Source: Candidatus Omnitrophota bacterium
Lineage (GTDB): Bacteria; Omnitrophota; Gorgyraeia; Gygaellales; Profunditerraquicolaceae
DNA: 64,000 nucleotides
Direction of reading: 5' to 3'
Assembly: GCA_003598025.1 (NCBI GenBank)
Contig: QZKH01000006.1
Location: 108,035 to 172,034, forward strand
Position numbers and translations under genes: made by a program. The notes beneath the pieces were generated by a model. That model ran no database searches. It was not told where the DNA came from and saw only the letters and a program-made list of their open reading frames with translations. Positions 19,889-29,654 of this stretch are shown piece by piece (position 1 is the first letter of the stretch; each line of letters begins with the position of its first letter).

Positions 19889-20391
19889 TTGAAAAGCCCC
19901 GTTATTCACATGCCAGTAAGATTGCACAGAAAGCTTTAAAAGAAGCTCAAGTAAATGCTCCCCCAGTAGATGTTAATAAGATTCTCAATGGCCTGAGAAT
20001 CAATTTTCTTCCCTATTCTTTTCCTGATAAGGTATCTGCGATACTTTTAAAAGATAATAATATGCTTGTAATCGGGGTTAATAAAAATCACCCTCCCAAT
20101 AGACAAAGATTTTCTATAGCGCATGAAATTGGACATTATCTTCTAGGGCATTATAAAGAAATTTTTGTTGATACCGCTGAGATATCAGAAGGAAGATTTG
20201 AGGCTGCTGATGAAGAGCATAATAAGGTACAGGAACAAGAAGCAAATTATTTTGCAGGAGAACTTCTTATGCCATCGGATATGTTAAAGAAAGATTTCCT
20301 GAAACTCAAGAATGTTGAAGAGATAGCTAAATTATATCAAGTAAGTAAAGAAGCGCTCTGGATTAGATTACTAAAATTAAAACTCGTTTAA
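19885..20391 (+). CDS. ImmA/IrrE family metallo-endopeptidase
   Basis: RQRFSIAHEIGH, EQEANYFAGELLMP; overlaps the Xre stop. Confidence 0.93.
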   Translation: MIEKPRYSHASKIAQKALKEAQVNAPPVDVNKILNGLRINFLPYSFPDKVSAILLKDNNMLVIGVNKNHPPNRQRFSIAHEIGHYLLGHYKEIFVDTAEISEGRFEAADEEHNKVQEQEANYFAGELLMPSDMLKKDFLKLKNVEEIAKLYQVSKEALWIRLLKLKLV

Positions 20392-20406
20392 TTAGCTAAA
20401 TAAAGT

Positions 20407-21120
20407 ATGGAAGAGATTAAACAACCTTGGCTTAGAGGGATAATCGATACCTTAACCGCGGCTAATCTAATAAAGCATTCTAAGATTGAGCATAGAAATA
20501 GATTAGTTGTGATCTTATTAGATAGTGCACTCGAAATTGCTTTTAGAAGTTTTCTTAAAAGAATCAAGAGAATACAATTATCGGAAGCTCACAAACACAG
20601 AGAAAATTTAGTAAAAGCAGTACAAAATAATATTTCTTTTGATGCTGAAGTTTGGGATTCGATAAACTACTATTACGAAGATATTAGGTGTGATTTTTAT
20701 CATACCTCATCAGATAAAACCTTAACAGATAAATCATTAGAGACTTATATTGAACTAGTGGAATTTGTTATAAACAGTTTGCTTAATATTAAATGCAGGG
20801 ATTTTATTCTTAAGCCAAGTGAGGTAATGACAACAGAGGGTGCAAGCAAAGATCAAGAAAAGCCCATCTATTTCGGAGATCTCAAGTCAGATTTGGAAGT
20901 ATTTTTAGTTGGAGTCGATAAATATAATCCTTCTAGCTTAACTGAGTTACTGGAACATTTAAAAAAAGAGGGAGTCAGAAAGAAATTTACTTATAAACAA
21001 TTTAATAATTGCGTAGGAGCAAATTATCGCCATCTATTTTATTATGATAAATCTACTAAAAGATGGAATCTATCAAGTGAAGGATTAAGAAAGTTACGTA
21101 GTCTAAAAGAACAAACTTAA
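20407..21120 (+). CDS. Putative HEPN-domain ribonuclease with C-terminal winged helix
   Basis: ILLDSALEI helix, RCDFYH (R-x4-H), C-terminal WNLSSEG wing. Confidence 0.6.
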   Translation: MEEIKQPWLRGIIDTLTAANLIKHSKIEHRNRLVVILLDSALEIAFRSFLKRIKRIQLSEAHKHRENLVKAVQNNISFDAEVWDSINYYYEDIRCDFYHTSSDKTLTDKSLETYIELVEFVINSLLNIKCRDFILKPSEVMTTEGASKDQEKPIYFGDLKSDLEVFLVGVDKYNPSSLTELLEHLKKEGVRKKFTYKQFNNCVGANYRHLFYYDKSTKRWNLSSEGLRKLRSLKEQT

Positions 21121-21132
21121 AGGAGGAGAAAA

Positions 21133-21747
21133 ATGACTGATCAACGTAAGGCTTTAAAAGGGAAATTAGAAATACTTATTGGAAATGCTATAAAGTTAAT
21201 AATTGATTTTGATGATGAAAAAGAAGTTATAAGCGCTTTATCCTCCATTGAAAAAATTAAAGAAAGCCTTGTAAAGTATGATAAAGTTTTTAGTACAGGG
21301 GTTCCTACAAAAACTATTCCGATTCAACAGGGGAAGGATAGATTATCAGAAGTGGAAGATGAATATGGGAAGATAGCAAATATGCTAGACGATGTGAATG
21401 TCGAGAACTTACGGCAATCTAAAATATTCAGTATTAAAGAAGATGCGGTGCAGTTATTAAAACCAAATCAATTTAAGACGGCTACAGAAGCTTTATGTGT
21501 TTTGATTTTTATTTTAGAATCTGGTTTAGGTAAAAGAGACATTCCTTATGAAGCATTTAGAAACATTTTCGAGTCACAAAATATAAAGAGTGGTAGTCCA
21601 CTCGTTATGCTGATGAATAATTTAAAAAATGCCAAATATATTGATAGCAAGAAATATGATGCAAAAACAATTTCTTTAACTCCTAAAGGTCAAGAAAATG
21701 CAATAGGAGTTTTGAATAAGCTAGTAACAACTACTGCCAAACAATAG
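21133..21747 (+). CDS. Hypothetical protein, probable C-terminal winged HTH
   Basis: NNLKNAKYI..ISLTPKG pattern; AGGAGGAG RBS. Confidence 0.6.
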   Translation: MTDQRKALKGKLEILIGNAIKLIIDFDDEKEVISALSSIEKIKESLVKYDKVFSTGVPTKTIPIQQGKDRLSEVEDEYGKIANMLDDVNVENLRQSKIFSIKEDAVQLLKPNQFKTATEALCVLIFILESGLGKRDIPYEAFRNIFESQNIKSGSPLVMLMNNLKNAKYIDSKKYDAKTISLTPKGQENAIGVLNKLVTTTAKQ

Positions 21748-21758
21748 CAAAGGATAGC

Positions 21759-22277
21759 ATGGGAATAACTAATTGGTTAATGGTAATACTAACTTTAGCC
21801 TATGTCATAACAACTATTTGTATTTTGGTCAATTCGACTAGACAATTTAAAGAAAATCTTAGACCAAGAGTATATGTTGATTTCAGATTTGAAGGGCATG
21901 AAATGTATGTTGTGATTAAAAACTTTGGTGATAAAGCGGCCTATAATATAATTATAAAATTTACTCCAGATATTGAATATCAAATGGGGGGAAAGAGGAT
22001 GCTTAATGATCAGCCTTTTATTAAAAACCTACCATTTCTTAGCCCTCAAAACGAATTAGATAGTATAATGGGATTGAGCTCTGAGGTATTACCACTGCAA
22101 AATTCCAAAGAGGTTAGAGCTACCATTAATTATAAAGATGAAAAGGATAACAAATATAATGAAAATTATTTTTTCTCGTGGGAGGCATATAGTAGAAGAA
22201 ATTTTGTTTCAAAAAGAGGGCTACATGAAATAGCTACTGTCCTTGAAGAAATTAAAAGCTCTCTAAAAAGAACTTAA
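21759..22277 (+). CDS. Hypothetical protein with N-terminal TM helix
   Basis: Hydrophobic residues 5-24, then RPRVYVDF..IKNFGDKAAYNI beta-rich domain. Confidence 0.7.
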   Translation: MGITNWLMVILTLAYVITTICILVNSTRQFKENLRPRVYVDFRFEGHEMYVVIKNFGDKAAYNIIIKFTPDIEYQMGGKRMLNDQPFIKNLPFLSPQNELDSIMGLSSEVLPLQNSKEVRATINYKDEKDNKYNENYFFSWEAYSRRNFVSKRGLHEIATVLEEIKSSLKRT

Positions 22278-22288
22278 AATAAGTTTAA

Positions 22289-22441
22289 TTAAAAGTTCAG
22301 TAACTCGGCAGGTTTTACTTTCAGCGCTCTGGCAAGTCTGTCAATCGTATCAATCTTTAAAGCAGGCGGGTTCTTTCCTTCAATTCTCTGTATATACTTA
22401 TAATCAATATCCGCTACCTCAGAAAGCATCTCTTGAGTGAT
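22289..22441 (-). pseudogene. 5'-truncated Xre/C-protein-like HTH gene
   Basis: Translates TQEMLSEVADIDYKYIQRIEGKNPPALKIDTIDRLARALKVKPAELLNF*; in-frame TAA just upstream removes helix 1. Confidence 0.7.
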
Positions 22442-22689
22442 TTAGGGATAACTCAATACGCTTAGCGCTATACGCTTGTGTCTTTGTGTCGTGTGTCCTT
22501 GTGACTTACCTTATCATATCCATGAACTATGATCTATGAACCATGAACCAATAGTGTTGACTATTTTCCCCATTTAAGCTAAAATACTACCCTATTCCGC
22601 TAAATTTCGGGCCATTAGCTCACCCATTCGACTCGGCCGTTCTAAACGGCCTCGCTCAGGGTTAGTAAAAGGTCATTGATAAAAGATTT

Positions 22690-22765
22690 GGGCCATTAGC
22701 TCAGCTGGTAGAGCAGGACACTCTTAATGTCAAGGTCGGAGGTTCGATCCCTCCATGGCTCACCA
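22690..22765 (+). tRNA. tRNA-Lys(CTT)
   Basis: GGGCCAT/ATGGCTC acceptor, GACA-CTCTTAA-TGTC, encoded CCA. Confidence 0.93.
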
Positions 22766-23013
22766 TATCTTTGGTCGAACCTCCGGGGGTGTGGGGGGAA
22801 CGCCCCCACGTTTGGGGGAGAACAGCGATTCAATTTAAACAATCCAGGTTTAAGCGTTAGGAGGGGGCTTGCCACCTCCTAAGGAGCCATGATTTTAAGA
22901 TGATGGCGACGGTTCGATCCCTCCATGGCTCAAAATTATCTTTCTCTTGCAGTAAGAGGCTAATTAATCAAATCCTTCATTGAAAACCCTTTCCAATCTT
23001 ACTTAAAAAGAGC

Positions 23014-23042
23014 TTGACTTAACAACTATTTAGTTGTACACT
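23014..23042 (+). promoter_or_regulatory. TA promoter with palindromic operator
   Basis: TTGACT-17-TACACT; ACAACTA-TT-TAGTTGT at 23022-23037 in the spacer. Confidence 0.65.
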
Positions 23043-23069
23043 TTATTTGTCCAAAAGGGAGAGATAGTT

Positions 23070-23441
23070 TTGACAAATTTTGAATGTTTGTATTATAAGA
23101 CTATAAATGGACGTATTCCAGTTATGGATTTTATCGATCATCTAAGTTTTAAAACTCAGAGAAAATTTTATGTAAAGATAGACCTGCTTGAGGAATACGG
23201 CCCTAGGCTTCCTGAGCCACATGCGAAAAAAATTGAACAAGATTTATACGAACTAAGATTTGAAGCTGATGATGGGGCTTTTAGAATTATTTACTTTTTT
23301 TATATAGGGAAAAAAATAATATTGTTGAATGGTTTTAAAAAGAAAACGAGAAAAATCCCAAGGAGAGAAGTTGAGTTAGCTAAAAATAGAATGGTAGACT
23401 ATTTAAATACTTTAGATTCCTGCGTAATAAAAGAAAAATAA
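23070..23441 (+). CDS. RelE/HigB-like toxin (Gp49/DUF891 type)
   Basis: PHAKKI..LYELR, RIIYF, LLNGFKKKTRKIP..E; TTG start after GGGAG. Confidence 0.88.
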   Translation: MTNFECLYYKTINGRIPVMDFIDHLSFKTQRKFYVKIDLLEEYGPRLPEPHAKKIEQDLYELRFEADDGAFRIIYFFYIGKKIILLNGFKKKTRKIPRREVELAKNRMVDYLNTLDSCVIKEK

Positions 23442-23478
23442 TAATGTTATAACATTAAGCTAGGAAGAGAGGATACTG

Positions 23479-23811
23479 ATGATACGAAAACTTAAAAGTG
23501 TTAGAGAACACCTAGATGAAAAATTAAAAGATCCATATTTTAGAGAACTTTATGAACTTGAGCAAGAAAGAATGAAGATATCAAGGTTATTTATTGACTA
23601 TCGTGCGAAGAATAATTTAACCCAGGAAGAATTAGCTTCTAAATTGGGTATCAGCCAGCAGTATATTTCTAAGCTCGAAGAGGGAATTTTTAGTAATATT
23701 CGAGATGTCGCCAAGATTTTGCTTGCTATCGGTTATAAGATCGAATTTAAAATAATAAATATTCCTAGCAAGATTAGTAAGATTATAAGAAACAAACTAC
23801 AGGTAGCTTAA
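23479..23811 (+). CDS. HigA-like HTH antitoxin
   Basis: LTQEELASKLGISQQYISKLEEG; follows the toxin. Confidence 0.88.
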   Translation: MIRKLKSVREHLDEKLKDPYFRELYELEQERMKISRLFIDYRAKNNLTQEELASKLGISQQYISKLEEGIFSNIRDVAKILLAIGYKIEFKIINIPSKISKIIRNKLQVA

Positions 23812-23993
23812 TCATTTTATTAAATTTTTCCTATTAAAATTAGATAAAACAAAATTCTCTATCGTCTGCATTAAATATAGTCAAAAGAAGAATTATTCTA
23901 TTATTTTCTCTAGCTTCCTTAACCAATATCCATTGACTATTTGTTCCAACTCTCCCATTTACACCTCAATCTCCTGATGTTATAATTTCACCG

Positions 23994-24413
23994 ATGGATA
24001 AGGATAATTTCGAAATATTAGAGCATACTGCAGATATCAGAGTAAGGGTTAAGGGAGAAGACCTTAAGGAGCTTTTTTCTAATTCGGCGCATGCCATGTT
24101 TTCTATTGTTGCTGCCAGGATTGGAAATGACTCTGTTCCTGAGGAATTCTTAATTGAGCTTGATGGCAATAATTATGAGGAGCTGCTTATAAATTGGTTG
24201 AATGAATTATTGTCTCTTTCTGCCGTAAAAGAGAAGATTTTCCAGGATTTTAGCTTTAGCCTTTTAGATGGACAACACCTAAAGGCAAAAGCATCCGGGT
24301 TTGATAATACGGACTATGAAATAAAAACCGAGATTAAAGCCGCAACTTACCACCAGCTTAAGATAGAGAGAAAGGCAGAATTTTGGCAGGCGGAGGTTAT
24401 ATTTGATACCTGA
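23994..24413 (+). CDS. Archease
   Basis: EHTAD, EIKAATYH, VIFD motifs; precedes rtcB. Confidence 0.93.
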   Translation: MDKDNFEILEHTADIRVRVKGEDLKELFSNSAHAMFSIVAARIGNDSVPEEFLIELDGNNYEELLINWLNELLSLSAVKEKIFQDFSFSLLDGQHLKAKASGFDNTDYEIKTEIKAATYHQLKIERKAEFWQAEVIFDT

Positions 24414-25857
24414 AATAGGCCTAGAGAAGATTGATGATTATCGTTGGAGGATCCCCAAGAGTTATAAGCCCGGGATGCGTGTCCCGGGGATAATTTATGC
24501 AGACGAGAGGCTGTTAAAGGATATCTACAAAGATAAAGCCCTTGAGCAGGTGGCTAATGTGGCTTTTCTTCCCGGGATAGTTAACGCGTCCATGGCAATG
24601 CCGGATATTCATTGGGGATACGGCTTTCCCATAGGCGGAGTTGCAGCTACTGATATTGAAGATGGCGGGGTCGTTTCTCCTGGCGGGGTAGGTTTTGATA
24701 TAAATTGCGGAGTGCGTTTAATGCGCACTAATCTTGAATTTGATGAGATAAAACCTAAATTAAAAGACCTGGTTTATGCTTTATTCTCTAATGTGCCGTC
24801 TGGCGTGGGCTCAAAAGGAGAAATACGGGTAAGCGCAAAAGAGGAAAAAGAAATATTGCTAAAGGGTTCTAAATGGGCAGTGCAGAACGGCTATGGCGTC
24901 GAAGAAGATTTAAAATTCACCGAAGAAAATGGCGCTATACATGGAGCAGACCCTGCCTGCGTTTCTGATAGGGCTTATGACCGGGGGAAGGCTCAATCAG
25001 GGACATTGGGTTCGGGGAATCACTTCCTGGAAGTGCAGGTTATAGACCAGCTTTATGACCGGGATATTTGCGATGCCTTTGGATTTGATCTAGGCCAAGT
25101 CACTGTGATGATACACTCAGGTTCCCGGGGATTCGGTTATCAGATATGCGAAGATTATTCAAAGAATATGATTCATTGCCTGCAAAAGTACAATTTAAAT
25201 GTTCCGGACCGCCAGCTTGCGTGCGCTCCGGTGAATTCTCCTGAAGGTAAAGCTTACCTTGGGGCAATGAGGTGTGCGGCAAATTACGCCTGGGCAAACA
25301 GGCAATGCCTTATGCATCTGAGCCGCCTTACATTTGAGAAAGTGTTAAATAAATCCTGGCAGAAGATGGGGATGTCTTTAGTCTATGATGTCGCGCATAA
25401 TATCGCAAAAATTGAGAGTTATGATGTTGGCGGTAAAAGCAAGAAGTTATGCGTCCATAGAAAAGGTGCAACCCGGGCATTCGGGCCAGGACACCCGGCA
25501 TTACCGGATGAATACAAGAAAATAGGGCAGCCTGTAATTATTCCGGGGGATATGGGCAGAAATTCTTACTTACTTATTGGCACACAACAGGCTATGGATG
25601 AGACATTTGGTTCAACCTGCCATGGCGCAGGCCGCCTTAAATCAAGGACTGCAGCTACCAAAAGCATTAATGCAGAACAATTATTGAAAGATTTGGAATC
25701 AAAAGGTATAATAGTGAAAGCCTCAGGGAGGGGCACAATCGTTGAAGAGGCGCCGGAGGCTTATAAGGATGTAAATGAAGTGGTTGATGTGGTACATAAC
25801 GCAGGAATTTCTAAACGCGTCTGCAGAATGCGACCATTAGGTGTAATAAAGGGATGA
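24403..25857 (+). CDS. rtcB: RNA ligase RtcB (archaeal/eukaryote-like)
   Basis: MPDIHWGYGFPIG, DINCG, GSGNHFLE, HSGSRG, HRKGAT, HGAGR. Confidence 0.96.
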   Translation: MIPEIGLEKIDDYRWRIPKSYKPGMRVPGIIYADERLLKDIYKDKALEQVANVAFLPGIVNASMAMPDIHWGYGFPIGGVAATDIEDGGVVSPGGVGFDINCGVRLMRTNLEFDEIKPKLKDLVYALFSNVPSGVGSKGEIRVSAKEEKEILLKGSKWAVQNGYGVEEDLKFTEENGAIHGADPACVSDRAYDRGKAQSGTLGSGNHFLEVQVIDQLYDRDICDAFGFDLGQVTVMIHSGSRGFGYQICEDYSKNMIHCLQKYNLNVPDRQLACAPVNSPEGKAYLGAMRCAANYAWANRQCLMHLSRLTFEKVLNKSWQKMGMSLVYDVAHNIAKIESYDVGGKSKKLCVHRKGATRAFGPGHPALPDEYKKIGQPVIIPGDMGRNSYLLIGTQQAMDETFGSTCHGAGRLKSRTAATKSINAEQLLKDLESKGIIVKASGRGTIVEEAPEAYKDVNEVVDVVHNAGISKRVCRMRPLGVIKG

Positions 25858-25964
25858 TTGCGGAAGTCCCGAGCGGAGCGTAGGGGCGACCGCTAGGAGT
25901 AATAAAAGGTTAAGGGAGTCCCGTGCGAAGCTTAGGGGCGACCATTAGGTGTAATAAAGGGTTA
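25830..25964 (+). repeat. Three copies of the rtcB 3' end separated by palindromic spacers
   Basis: 24-nt repeat at 25830, 25886 (4 mismatches) and 25938; spacers share AGTCCCGWGCGRAGCKTAGGG. Confidence 0.9.
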
Positions 25965-25966
25965 AT

Positions 25967-27235
25967 ATGCTAGATATCAAATTCATTCGTGAAAACCAGG
26001 AATTAATAAAGAAGTCGCTAAAAGACCGCAATCTTAAAATCGACTTAGATAAATTATTGTCGGTTGATGAATCGCGGCGGCGAGCCCTTTCCGAGGTTGA
26101 AGAACTAAGAGCCAGGAAGAATAAGGCTAATGATGAGATCACCGCCTTGTTAAAAGCGAAAAAAGACGCTAAGCCGGCAATAGCTTCAATGAAGAAAGTT
26201 GCAGACAAAATTGACAGCCTTGAATCCGGCTTAAGAGAATCTCAGGCAGAGTTAGATAAGCTGGTGCTTACTATACCGAATATCCCGCATGATTCTATTC
26301 CCAGAGGGGATGCCTCTAACAATAAGGTCGTACGTACCTGGGGAGATAAGCCGCCGGTAGATTTTAAGCCGCTTACACATATAGAGCTGAGTTCAAAATT
26401 CGATATTATTGATTTTCCCAGAGCCACAAAGATCACCGGTTCAAATTTTATACTTTATAAAGGCTTAGGTGCCCGCCTTGAAAGGGCATTGATAAACTTT
26501 ATGCTCGATTTGCACACAAAAAAACACGGATATACCGAAATATTCCCGCCATTTTTGGTTAACCGCGCATCGATGACCGGTACGGGGCAACTGCCCAAGC
26601 TGGAAGAAGATATGTATAAACTCAAGGACGATGATTTGTTTTTAATCCCGACGGCTGAAGTCCCTGTTACTAATATCTTCAGGGATGAAATATTGGACGA
26701 AAAAGCCCTGCCTATTTATTATACTGCTTATACTGCGTGTTTTAGAAGAGAAGCCGGTTCATACGGTAAGGATACAAAGGGGCTTATGCGTGTACATCAA
26801 TTTGATAAAGTTGAGATGGTTAAATTTGTCAAGCCTGAAAGTTCATATGACGAGCTTGAGAAGCTTCTAAAGGATGCGGAAGAAGTCTTGCAGGCTTTAG
26901 GCTTGCCTTACAGAGTAGTGGTGCTTTCAACACAAGATCTAAGTTTTGCTGCAAGCAAGTGTTATGATATTGAGGCTTATGCCTGCGGGATAGATAAGTG
27001 GCTTGAAGTATCAAGCTGTTCTAACTTTGAGAGTTTTCAGGCAAGAAGGGCAAATATAAAATACAGAAGAGAAGATACCAAAAAAGTCGATTACGTACAT
27101 ACGCTTAACGGTTCCGGTATTGCGCTTGCCCGGACCGTGGTGGCGATATTAGAAAACTACCAGCAGAAGGACGGCTCGATTCTCATACCTGAAGTACTGA
27201 GGCCGTATATGGATGGCAAAGAAAGAATTTTCTAA
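25967..27235 (+). CDS. serS: Serine-tRNA ligase
   Basis: [34 protein letters not shown]. Confidence 0.98.
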   Translation: MLDIKFIRENQELIKKSLKDRNLKIDLDKLLSVDESRRRALSEVEELRARKNKANDEITALLKAKKDAKPAIASMKKVADKIDSLESGLRESQAELDKLVLTIPNIPHDSIPRGDASNNKVVRTWGDKPPVDFKPLTHIELSSKFDIIDFPRATKITGSNFILYKGLGARLERALINFMLDLHTKKHGYTEIFPPFLVNRASMTGTGQLPKLEEDMYKLKDDDLFLIPTAEVPVTNIFRDEILDEKALPIYYTAYTACFRREAGSYGKDTKGLMRVHQFDKVEMVKFVKPESSYDELEKLLKDAEEVLQALGLPYRVVVLSTQDLSFAASKCYDIEAYACGIDKWLEVSSCSNFESFQARRANIKYRREDTKKVDYVHTLNGSGIALARTVVAILENYQQKDGSILIPEVLRPYMDGKERIF

Positions 27236-27917
27236 AGAGAATCTCGATATTAAGAAAGAAGGAAAGAGGGGCTTTGAGGCTTCAGAAAAGAACGCTTATA
27301 AAGTTACCGGGCTCTCCAGCAAAGCATTCAGCGTAATAAAGTTTATCTTCGGATTATGCCTTCTCCCGTTTGTTTACGGAGTTACCGTGTCTTTCCTGGG
27401 TGAATTTTCCGTAATCGATATCTCTGCGCAGAACCATTTCTGGTACGGACTCATAAGTTTATTGATAGTTTATCTATTTATCTGGGAACCGGCTATAGTT
27501 TACGCAAGCGGACATAAGCTGCTGGAGATAATGTTTAGTTTTATAAGGCCCTTGGTCAGGGTAGCTCCGTATCTCATCCCTGTTTACAGCTTGGTTATAT
27601 TTTTGTGTTATTTGGCCGTCTCTTTAATTTTTAGGCATACAGTATTAATAAATTATTTCATGTTCCTTTTTGGGTTAAGTATAGGGTTGCATCTTATATT
27701 CGGGGCAAAATCTCTCCGTACCAAAAAAGAAGATCTGCTCAAATCAAATTATATATTTGGGTTTTCTTTTGTATATATTACGAATATTATTTTAGTGGCG
27801 TTCTGCTTGAATATAATTTTTGACAGGTTCTCATTTGTTAATTTCTGCAATAATGCTTTCCAGTCCGGAGGAGAATTTTTTTACGGCATTTTTAGGCAAT
27901 TATTCTTAGCTAATTAG
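27213..27917 (+). CDS. Hypothetical polytopic membrane protein
   Basis: Several hydrophobic segments; overlaps the serS end. Confidence 0.75.
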   Translation: MAKKEFSKENLDIKKEGKRGFEASEKNAYKVTGLSSKAFSVIKFIFGLCLLPFVYGVTVSFLGEFSVIDISAQNHFWYGLISLLIVYLFIWEPAIVYASGHKLLEIMFSFIRPLVRVAPYLIPVYSLVIFLCYLAVSLIFRHTVLINYFMFLFGLSIGLHLIFGAKSLRTKKEDLLKSNYIFGFSFVYITNIILVAFCLNIIFDRFSFVNFCNNAFQSGGEFFYGIFRQLFLAN

Positions 27918-27927
27918 ATAAGAACCT

Positions 27928-28015
27928 GGAGAGGTGGCTGAGTGGTTGAAAGCGGCAGTCTTGAAAACTGTTTAGGGAGTCTCTCCCTACGTGAGTTCGA
28001 ATCTCACCCTCTCCG
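27928..28015 (+). tRNA. tRNA-Ser(TGA)
   Basis: GGAGAGG/CCTCTCC acceptor, GCAGT-CTTGAAA-ACTGT, long variable arm. Confidence 0.93.
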
Positions 28016-28098
28016 TTCTTCTTCGCTCAGACATTTTCATGTTTAAGCTACTAAGCAACGAAGTGGGCGAACACAAATAACTTCCCGATAAAAAATCA

Positions 28099-28881
28099 AT
28101 GAATTACCTTAAGATAGCAATAAGCGCAGCTGTGAGGGCAGGATATGTCCATCGAAAATATTTTGAAAAGAATATCAGGATAAGGAATAAAAGCACATCC
28201 TTTGACCTTGTAACGGTTGCTGATGTAGAGGCAGAACGCGAGGCAGTTTCTTTTATAAGAAAAAATTTCCCTTCTCACAACATACTTGCCGAGGAAAAGA
28301 AGTATAATAAAACTCTTTCAGAATATACCTGGGTAATAGACCCTCTTGACGGCACTAATAATTTTGCGTGCACAATGCCCATCTTCTGTTCTTCGGTAGC
28401 CCTAAGATTAAAAGACGAGATTATTGTGGGTGCGGTTTATGATGTAAGCAGGAACGAGCTTTTTTATGCGCAAAAAGGCAAAGGGGCATTTTTAAACGGC
28501 AAGCGTATATCGGTAAATAACGCAAAGCGGCTTGGGCAGGCATTATTGATTACCGGTTTTTATTACAGCCGGGGCAGGGAGATGACCGATACCCTTAAAG
28601 CTATCGAGCTATTTTTTCGTAAGAAGATACTCGGGATAAGAAGGCTGGGTGCTGCGGCATTGGATATGTGCTATGTCGCCTGCGGCAGGGCCTCAGGTTT
28701 CTGGGAATTTGAGCTCAGCCCCTGGGATTATTCGGCTGGAAAACTCATAATAGAAGAAGCAGGCGGTAGAGTTACCGGGAAGTACGGAGAGAATATTCCT
28801 TTAAGCGAAAAGCATTTTATTGTGTCTTCTAACGGCAAGATTCATAAGGATATGTTAAAGGTCATAGGAAAGATAAAATGA
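28099..28881 (+). CDS. suhB: Inositol monophosphatase family protein
   Basis: WVIDPLDGTNNF, GAAALD, WDYSAG. Confidence 0.92.
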   Translation: MNYLKIAISAAVRAGYVHRKYFEKNIRIRNKSTSFDLVTVADVEAEREAVSFIRKNFPSHNILAEEKKYNKTLSEYTWVIDPLDGTNNFACTMPIFCSSVALRLKDEIIVGAVYDVSRNELFYAQKGKGAFLNGKRISVNNAKRLGQALLITGFYYSRGREMTDTLKAIELFFRKKILGIRRLGAAALDMCYVACGRASGFWEFELSPWDYSAGKLIIEEAGGRVTGKYGENIPLSEKHFIVSSNGKIHKDMLKVIGKIK

Positions 28882-29243
28882 AAGTCGTGTTTGACATCTC
28901 CGGCAAATTGTTTAAGGCTGAGTTTAATGATTCAAAGACGGCAAAGGATATCCTTGATAATCTGCCTGTTGAATCGAGTGTTTTGACGTGGGGAGAGGAA
29001 ATCTATTTTGAAATACCTGTTAAATGTGCTGCAGAAAATGCGACAATGGATGTAGGTTTGGGTACTGTTGCATATTGGCCGCCGGGACAATGTTTGTGTA
29101 TCTTTTTTGGCAGGACCCCTGATAGCAAAGATGATAAGCCTAAGCCCGCTTCGAAAGTAAACATAGTCGGCAACATTGAAGGTGTTTTCTCTGAACTAAA
29201 ATCGATTAAACCCGGGCAGAAGATAATTGTTTCAAAAGCCTGA
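28878..29243 (+). CDS. Cyclophilin-like fold protein (TM1367/DUF369 type)
   Basis: WGEEIYF, AYWPPG..CIFFG.TP. Confidence 0.82.
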   Translation: MKVVFDISGKLFKAEFNDSKTAKDILDNLPVESSVLTWGEEIYFEIPVKCAAENATMDVGLGTVAYWPPGQCLCIFFGRTPDSKDDKPKPASKVNIVGNIEGVFSELKSIKPGQKIIVSKA

Positions 29244-29255
29244 TGAACTTTAAAT

Positions 29256-29654
29256 ATGAGCCCCATTGACAGCAAAAAATTGGCAGTCATCCATATCGTT
29301 AAGAAAGAGATAGGCTTAAGCGATGAGGAGTACAGGGAAATTTTAGAAGGCGTAGCAGGTGTAACCAGCGCTAAAGACCTTGATGAGGCTGCTTTTAGGA
29401 GATTGATGAATTATTTTGTCCGTAGCCGGCATTATCAAGTCAATAAATTTGGGCTTACCGTAAAACAGAAGTTATACATAGAGCATCTTGCTTATGAACA
29501 GTTGGGGTGGAGTAAACAGCATTTAATTAACTTCATGCAGAAGTATTACCACAAGTCAAATCTTAACTTTCTTCCCAAAAAAGAGGCCAATCATCTTATT
29601 TATTCCCTGAAAGCGATTATTGAACATGAAAATAAGGGCTTATCCTACAGCTAA
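29256..29654 (+). CDS. GemA/DUF1018 (Mu gp16-like) family protein
   Basis: LAVIHIVKKEIGLSDEEYR.IL...GV.SAKDL. Confidence 0.75.
   Translation: MSPIDSKKLAVIHIVKKEIGLSDEEYREILEGVAGVTSAKDLDEAAFRRLMNYFVRSRHYQVNKFGLTVKQKLYIEHLAYEQLGWSKQHLINFMQKYYHKSNLNFLPKKEANHLIYSLKAIIEHENKGLSYS

Larger units (their letters stand above)
18590..22450. mobile_element. AT-rich genomic island remnant downstream of tRNA-Arg(TCG); no integrase seen
   Basis: Starts at the tRNA 3' end, codon/GC shift, Xre-ImmA module, truncated HTH at the distal end. Confidence 0.65.

Noticed and set aside
24403-25857. RtcB as the ligase for the tRNA-Asn intron
   Set aside because: The intron has group I self-splicing features, not a bulge-helix-bulge junction
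25830-25964. CRISPR array (24-nt repeats with ~30-nt spacers)
   Set aside because: The repeat is rtcB coding sequence, the spacers resemble each other, and no cas genes are in the window
29256-29654. Mu-like prophage
   Set aside because: No transposase, structural or lysis genes nearby
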